From an uncultured Candidatus Saccharibacteria bacterium (GTDB lineage: Bacteria > Patescibacteriota > Doudnabacteria > UBA920), in NCBI GenBank assembly GCA_964483665.1, contig CAZACP010000001.1, positions 6,358 to 70,357 on the forward strand: a stretch of 64,000 nt of DNA. The letters run 5' to 3'. A program made the position numbers and the translations under genes. Below the pieces are notes generated by a model. The model made no database searches and was not told where the DNA came from. It worked only from the letters and a program-made list of their open reading frames with translations. The stretch's first letter is position 1, and each line of letters opens with the position of its first letter. Below are positions 58,210 through 64,000 of the stretch, in pieces.

Positions 58210-59250
58210 TTATAAAACTAGCATTCCGTCGCCAAAAGAAAAGAACCGAAATTCTTTTTCTATGGCTAGTGAGTAAAGTTTAAGCAATTTTTCCTTTTCG
58301 GTCAAAGCAGATACTAGCATCATTAAGCTGCTTTTTGGTACATGAAAATTCGTTATCATTCCGTCAATTAATTTAAACTTAAACCCCGGTTGTATAAAGA
58401 GGTCTGTGCTGCCGGATAGCTTGTTATTTTTTGCAAAGCTTTCTAAGGTTCTGGTTACTGTTGTGCCAACCGCAATTATTGGCCTGCCTTGTTTTTTTGC
58501 TTTTGTTATATAATTAGCGGTTTTTGCGTCTATATAATAATTTTCTTTATGCAATTTGCCGGTTTTTATTTGTTCTTCTGTTAGTTTTGCAAAAGTGCCT
58601 AAGTTAACATCTAAGCGTACAAATTTTATTGCTATGCTTTTTTTGCGCAATTTATTTAGCAACCTTTCTGTAAAGTGTAAGCTTGCCGTAGGCGCCGCGA
58701 CCGACTCCCCTGTTTTTGCAAAAATTGTTTGGTAAGCTTCGCGTCTTTGTTTTTCCGTAAGCTTAGAATGCTTAATGTAGGGAGGTAGCGGAGTAAAGCC
58801 GTGTTTAGAAATTAGCGATAGTATTTCAGAAGTTGGAAAATTAGGCTTTAAATAGTAAATACCTTTATTTTTTTTAAAAACCTTAAAAGTTTCTTTTAAA
58901 ATACGGCCGTCAGTTAAAAGAAACTCTTGATCAGATGATAGCTTTTTATTTGCCAGTACTTGTATTAATCCGCCGGATTGTCTAATGTAAAGCGCTTCTA
59001 CTTTCCCTCCGGTTTTTTTATATAGAGTTAGTCGAGCGGGAATTACCTTAGTTTGGTTAAAAACTAAAACCGAATTTTTAGGCAAATACTTCGGCAGATT
59101 TAAAAATGTATCAAAACTGATTATTTCAGTCTTGCGGTTGTATATCAAAAGCCGCGCGTTGTCGCGCGGACTTATGGGTTTTTGCGCAATTAACTTTGGG
59201 GGTAAGGCGTAATCGTAATCTTGTGTAAGTTTAGCTAAGCTTGATTCCAT
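58210..59250 (-). CDS. queA: S-adenosylmethionine:tRNA ribosyltransferase-isomerase
   Basis: IAQKP, PLPPYI, AAPTASLHF, VGTT, TNFH.P.S, FFSFGD. Confidence 0.96.
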   Translation of the reverse strand: MESSLAKLTQDYDYALPPKLIAQKPISPRDNARLLIYNRKTEIISFDTFLNLPKYLPKNSVLVFNQTKVIPARLTLYKKTGGKVEALYIRQSGGLIQVLANKKLSSDQEFLLTDGRILKETFKVFKKNKGIYYLKPNFPTSEILSLISKHGFTPLPPYIKHSKLTEKQRREAYQTIFAKTGESVAAPTASLHFTERLLNKLRKKSIAIKFVRLDVNLGTFAKLTEEQIKTGKLHKENYYIDAKTANYITKAKKQGRPIIAVGTTVTRTLESFAKNNKLSGSTDLFIQPGFKFKLIDGMITNFHVPKSSLMMLVSALTEKEKLLKLYSLAIEKEFRFFSFGDGMLVL

Positions 59251-60163
59251 TGCTGTTAAATTTTACTGATTTGACAAAAAAATAACCGACAATCACAAAA
59301 GTTGTTACCGGAGAAACCCAAGTGTCTATATGCATACCAAAGGCATCGGCTACCATTATGCCGCCCAAAGCCAAAATGGAATACATAGCCCCATTTTTTA
59401 TAAACGCATACTTTTTAATTCTGTCTATATTGTGCAAGGTAAATTCTCTGACCACAAAAGCGCCCAAAGAATTGCCCAGCAGAATTAAAGGCACGGAAAG
59501 CGTAAAGGCAAACGCGCCTAAGACGCCGTCTATGGAAAAGGTTGCGTCTATAACTTCTAAATATAAAATTTTGCTTATATCGGACAGATTGCCTGAGCCG
59601 GACAAAAGATCTTTTTCCCTTGCCGCGGCGTTTTCTTTAAAGCCGTGGGTAATAAAAAAGGCAGTGGAACCGACCACGGCGGAAAAAGCTAAGAAAGGGT
59701 CAAGTTTAAGAGACTGCCAGACAACCACAGACAGAATTATAGAAACAACCGCGTAAAACCATACCCCTTGTTTGTGGAAAAATTTTTCGCCCCATAGCCC
59801 GTAGTTTTTGGGTTCCAAAAACAGCCAGTGAAAAAATAAAAATACTAAAAATATTCCGCCGGCCATAAGCAGCAAGGGGGCGGACTTTTCCACCGCCGCA
59901 ATAACCGAAGGGTCGGAAGAAAACGCCGCGGTTACGGCTTGCCAAGGGCCTAATCCAGGTGTTGAAAGCCAGACTATTAGCCAGGGTAAAAGTCCCCGTA
60001 TTGCAAAAACCGCGAACAGCATGCCCCAGACCAAAAACCAGCGCCTGGCTTTTTGTCCCATAGTGCTTAAAACCTCGGCGTTAATAATGGCATTGTCTAT
60101 GCTGGAAACCGTTTCAAAAAGACAAAGCCCCAAAATAATTAAGATTAAAGAAAAAATGTCCAT
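59231..60163 (-). CDS. DUF475 / TerC-like membrane protein
   Basis: S.DNAIINA.VL, YLEVIDATFSIDGV.GAFA. Confidence 0.88.
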   Translation of the reverse strand: MDIFSLILIILGLCLFETVSSIDNAIINAEVLSTMGQKARRWFLVWGMLFAVFAIRGLLPWLIVWLSTPGLGPWQAVTAAFSSDPSVIAAVEKSAPLLLMAGGIFLVFLFFHWLFLEPKNYGLWGEKFFHKQGVWFYAVVSIILSVVVWQSLKLDPFLAFSAVVGSTAFFITHGFKENAAAREKDLLSGSGNLSDISKILYLEVIDATFSIDGVLGAFAFTLSVPLILLGNSLGAFVVREFTLHNIDRIKKYAFIKNGAMYSILALGGIMVADAFGMHIDTWVSPVTTFVIVGYFFVKSVKFNSNGIKLS

Positions 60164-60269
60164 ATATAGTTTAAATAATTTGTTACTCTTTAAGAATTTT
60201 ACCGTATAATACAGTGTCTGCACAAGGAGAAATGAGCTATAATACTTGCAAGTAAAATTTACTCAAAAT

Positions 60270-60836
60270 ATGGAAAAAACATTGGAATCGGCAATTAACG
60301 CCTGCCAAAAAGGCCAGCTAGAACAGTTTGCGGTAATATATGACAGTTATGTAAAGAAAATTTATGACTTTCTTTTTTACCGTTTAAGGCACAAAGAAAC
60401 AGCCGAAGACTTAACCAGCGCAGTTTTTATGAAGGCTTTGGAGAAAATTCAAAGCTATAACCAGCAAAAGAGCGCCTTTAATACCTGGCTTTACACCATA
60501 GCCCGCAATACCCTCTTTGACCACTTTCGTTCCCACAAAGACCAGTCCCCCATTGACGAGGCTTTAGAACATTCTTCAAACCAAAATGTTTCTAAGGAAG
60601 TAGGACTTAAGATGGAGCTGCAAAAAGTAGAGCAGCTTTTAAATAAGCTCGATGCTGAGCAAAGGGACTTGGTTGTAATGCGAGTTTGGGACGGCTTAAG
60701 CTTTAAGGAAATTGCCGAAATTTTGGGCAAAACCGAAGCCGCCAGCAAAATGCAGTTTGGTAGGACTTTAAAACTTTTGCAGGCTCAGGTGCCAATGGCC
60801 TTACTTTATTTGTTGCTAGTAAAACCGACAACCTAA
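60270..60836 (+). CDS. ECF RNA polymerase sigma factor
   Basis: AEDLTS.VF, FNTWLYTIARN..DH, LSFKEIAEIL. Confidence 0.92.
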   Translation: MEKTLESAINACQKGQLEQFAVIYDSYVKKIYDFLFYRLRHKETAEDLTSAVFMKALEKIQSYNQQKSAFNTWLYTIARNTLFDHFRSHKDQSPIDEALEHSSNQNVSKEVGLKMELQKVEQLLNKLDAEQRDLVVMRVWDGLSFKEIAEILGKTEAASKMQFGRTLKLLQAQVPMALLYLLLVKPTT

Positions 60837-60973
60837 ATATTAATTTAATTTAAATCATAAAACCATTCAGAGCGAAGCGAATAAGCGCTTTTGTAAGGGA
60901 CTCCTCACTCCGTTCGGAGTGGTTAAAATTAAGAAGTCATAGGTTTTATAATTCAAAATAACTAAACAATTTT

Positions 60974-62458
60974 ATGAACGAACAAATTAATCAAATATTG
61001 CAGGAATTGTATAAGTACGATCCTGAATTTATGAAGCACGAAAAAGAATTAAAAGAAATATTAGGCCAAATGCTACAAAGCGCGCCAAATACCAAATTTG
61101 ACCCTTTGTTTGCGGAAAGCTTAAGGAAAAAAATCTTAATTAGGGCGGAAGAAATATCTTCCGAATCAGGGTTAGTAAAAGACAGACCCATGTGGCAATT
61201 TGCGCTTCCTGCTTTTGCGGTTATGGCGATTGCTGTTTTAGTAGGCGCTAACTATTGGAAAAATTTAAACAATACTCAAATTGCCAGTATAAAAGAATCT
61301 AAATTACAGCCTTTGGCTTTTGGGTCTTTGTCAGGCATTGTCCCCGGGGGTTTTGGCAGAGGCGGCGGCGGGGGTATGGGCGGAGGCGATGGGTCAGCCC
61401 AAAATACCGCTGTAATTACAGATGAAGCAATGAAAGCCAGGCCGCAAAGCGGCGGAGGCGGAGATATGTCCATTTTGCCGGTTTTTGAAAACTACAAATT
61501 TGTTTATGCCGGTGAAAATTTGGATTTGAAAGAAGAAAACTTACCGGTATTTAGGCGAGTTAAGGGTTTTGGCAAAACTTTAAATTTAAGCAGTATTATT
61601 AAGAATTTTTCTGTGCCGGTTTTTAATCTAAAAAATCTTCAAAATCCTTATGTAGAAATGTTGACTTTAACTGAAGATAGGGATTTCGGCTATATGGTTA
61701 ACTTGAATTTCAAGGAAGGAAGCTTGAATATAAATGAAAACTGGTTTAAATGGCAGACTCCGGACAGAATGTGCCAGGACGAAGCCTGCTATAACCGTTA
61801 TCGCCTTAAGATTTCTGACTTACCTTCAGACGAAGAAGTAATATCAATTGCAGATAATTTTTTAGAGCAATATGGTGTTAATAAAAATATTTATGCAGAG
61901 CCTGTAGTTCAAAAGCAATGGTTTAGGGATTATCAGGTAGCTTCCGATAAATCTATGGCCTGGGTACCGGATGTATTAACTATAGTTTATCCATATCAAA
62001 TTCAAGGACAGACTGTTTATGATCAGTCAGGTTCTCAAAGCGGTCTTATGGTTAGCGTAAATGCCAGAGTAAAAAAAGTTTCCGGGCTTTATGAGTTAAC
62101 TAACCAGGTTTACGAATCATCTGATTATTCTGCTGAAACTTCTTTTGACCGCATTAAAAAAATTGCCGAAGCCGGTGGTAACCAAGTTTTTTATCCGGCC
62201 TACGAGCCTAATATTCCTTCAGTTCAGGTAAAGCTCGGTACTCCAAGCAGGTCTTTAATGCGCATGTGGAAGAACGAAGCCGGCAAAGAAGGCTATGAAA
62301 TTTTTGTGCCCGCATTAGTGTTTCCAATAATTGACCCCCCGGCAAATTTTCCTAGCTACCGCTCGGCGGTAACTATTCCTTTAATTAAAGAATTAATTAC
62401 AGAACCCTCTGTAATAGATCCGGGCCAGCCTATGCCTTTAACAGCGCCCAAGGGTTAA
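60974..62458 (+). CDS. putative anti-sigma / membrane-anchored surface protein
   Basis: P.F...LR motif, TM helix, Gly-rich linker; follows the ECF sigma gene. Confidence 0.6.
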   Translation: MNEQINQILQELYKYDPEFMKHEKELKEILGQMLQSAPNTKFDPLFAESLRKKILIRAEEISSESGLVKDRPMWQFALPAFAVMAIAVLVGANYWKNLNNTQIASIKESKLQPLAFGSLSGIVPGGFGRGGGGGMGGGDGSAQNTAVITDEAMKARPQSGGGGDMSILPVFENYKFVYAGENLDLKEENLPVFRRVKGFGKTLNLSSIIKNFSVPVFNLKNLQNPYVEMLTLTEDRDFGYMVNLNFKEGSLNINENWFKWQTPDRMCQDEACYNRYRLKISDLPSDEEVISIADNFLEQYGVNKNIYAEPVVQKQWFRDYQVASDKSMAWVPDVLTIVYPYQIQGQTVYDQSGSQSGLMVSVNARVKKVSGLYELTNQVYESSDYSAETSFDRIKKIAEAGGNQVFYPAYEPNIPSVQVKLGTPSRSLMRMWKNEAGKEGYEIFVPALVFPIIDPPANFPSYRSAVTIPLIKELITEPSVIDPGQPMPLTAPKG

Positions 62459-62693
62459 AATTTTAAAATCCCCTCTTTTTTTAAAAGAGGGGCTGGGGTG
62501 AGGTTGTAAGTTAATTTATAACCTCGCCCCGGAAAACTTTTAGTCCGGATTTAAAAACAAAACGCCCTTTATGTCTAGAGCATAAGCGGGGCGTTTTAAT
62601 TTGTTTAAATTTTCGACAGGACAATTCGCGCCGTGCCCCGTACCCTTCTTCGTGGTACTGGGGCGAATTGTCCAGTCAAATTAAATGCCGAGT

Positions 62694-63830
62694 TTAAGGT
62701 TTTAAATACTTTTTTTCCTTCAGTTTTTCTGGTAGATAATTATCATCGGAAGGATATTTTTCATAGCCTTTGCCATAGCCTAAGTCTTTCATAAGCTTGG
62801 TCGGGGCGTTTCTAATGTTTAGGGGTACAGGCAGGTTACCGTATTTTTTTACATCATCTAAAGCTTTGAAATAAGCCTCGTAAGACGAGCGGTCTTTTTT
62901 GCAGTTTGCAAGGTATGAAACGCCATGCGCTAAATTTATGGCGCATTCGGGGTAGCCAATTTTTTGGCAGGCTTCAAACACCGCGTTGGCCACAACCAAA
63001 GCCGTGGGTTGGGCAAGGCCAATGTCTTCGCTGGCGAAAATAACCATCCTCCGGGCTATAAACAAAGGGTCTTCGCCAGCTTCCACCATACGAGCGAGAT
63101 AATAAAGGGCAGCGTCGGGCTGGCTCGCGCGCATGCTTTTTATGAACGCGGAAATAGTGTTATAGTGTTCTTCGCCTGTTTTGTCGTAACGCAGGAATTT
63201 GGATTGCAGAGTGTTTTTTAAATTATCCAAAGTTATTTCGCCATAAAGTTCTCTGCAGTTGTCTAACATAGTAAGCGCTTGGCGTGCGTCGCCATTAGCC
63301 ATGCTAACCAGCCATTCCTTTGATTCTTTATTAAGCTTTAGATTGGCGGACTCTATGACTTTTTTTATTTCTTCATCACCCAGCTCGTTTAACACAAACA
63401 CCCGGCAGCGTGAAAGCAAAGCCGGGATAACTTCAAAACTGGGGTTTTCCGTGGTTGCGCCAATTAAAGTTAATTCCCCTTTTTCCACAAATGGCAATAA
63501 AAAATCCTGCTGGGCTTTGTTAAAGCGGTGAATTTCGTCTAAGAACAGAATTTTTGGCTGACCTAACATCGAAGGTTTATCGGTGATAGCCCGTATATCA
63601 TCTTTTCCTGCCGATACGGCTGATAGTTCGTGGTATTCCGCGTTAACAGCCTTCGCATAAATGCGTGCCAAGGTGGTCTTCCCTACTCCGGGCGGACCCC
63701 ACAGAATAAAACTGAACAAATGTTTTTGTTCAATGGCAAGCCGCAAAGGTTTACCTTCCCCTACCAAGTGCTTTTGGCCAATGTAGGTTTCCAAAGACGA
63801 GGGGCGAATTTTATTCGCTAGCGGTTCCAT
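62694..63830 (-). CDS. rarA: replication-associated recombination protein A
   Basis: [33 protein letters not shown]. Confidence 0.96.
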   Translation of the reverse strand: MEPLANKIRPSSLETYIGQKHLVGEGKPLRLAIEQKHLFSFILWGPPGVGKTTLARIYAKAVNAEYHELSAVSAGKDDIRAITDKPSMLGQPKILFLDEIHRFNKAQQDFLLPFVEKGELTLIGATTENPSFEVIPALLSRCRVFVLNELGDEEIKKVIESANLKLNKESKEWLVSMANGDARQALTMLDNCRELYGEITLDNLKNTLQSKFLRYDKTGEEHYNTISAFIKSMRASQPDAALYYLARMVEAGEDPLFIARRMVIFASEDIGLAQPTALVVANAVFEACQKIGYPECAINLAHGVSYLANCKKDRSSYEAYFKALDDVKKYGNLPVPLNIRNAPTKLMKDLGYGKGYEKYPSDDNYLPEKLKEKKYLKP

Positions 63831-64000
63831 ATATTTAAGTATACGATTGTATACCTTAATAGTATACAAAAATAAACAGCGTGTCAAATTTAGTATAACA
63901 ATCCTTCCTCGCCAAGGCTATGGAGGATCTACGAAAAAGCTCGCTTTACAGCGAGCTTAGGTCTAGGTTGGTGTCTATGCGTATTTGGCTGACAAAGTCA

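Noticed and set aside
820-63821. Many antisense or overlapping ORFs (e.g. 13115-13843, 7635-8093, 10422-10896)
   Set aside because: Shadow frames of well-supported genes, with no motifs or expression signals.
1-64000. Alternative genetic code 25 or 4
   Set aside because: TGA ends genes at expected lengths (folD, folA, miaA) and RF2 is present.
1-64000. tRNA, rRNA, tmRNA, SRP RNA, prophage or transposase genes
   Set aside because: No diagnostic motifs recognised by eye; tRNAscan and Infernal were not run.

Overview
Core-genome segment of a small-genome, low-GC bacterium. The inferred lineage is Patescibacteria/CPR, based on CPR-type pilins, PsbP-like repeat proteins, a DUF5667-type anti-sigma and housekeeping genes that mostly lack Shine-Dalgarno sites; the genetic code is standard (11). 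Recognisable genes: the 3' end of secA, gatCAB, miaA, holB, frr, rseP, proS, mreBCD-mrdA, folD, secE-nusG-rplK-rplA, a dcd-dut-kinase-tmk-thyA-folA dTTP cluster, prfB, ftsEX, rplI, pyrG, rpmA, iscS, gltX, def, fmt, mltG, HU, queA, rarA and two ECF sigma/anti-sigma pairs. No rRNA, tRNA, CRISPR array or transposase was seen. Most notable: (1) two tandem classical amino-acid attenuators (a Leu-rich and a Thr/Lys/Met-rich leader peptide, each with terminator and antiterminator) that control orphan mini-genes rather than biosynthetic operons; (2) fold-back repeat arms at most operon junctions, either empty or carrying a four-helix-bundle, GxxExxY or DUF559 gene, with related palindromes inserted in frame in GatA, GatB and MiaA; (3) a symmetric dif-like site where gene orientation switches; (4) twin pilins with identical cores and different cell-wall hydrolase tails. 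All calls come from reading the sequence by eye; no searches or folding calculations were run.
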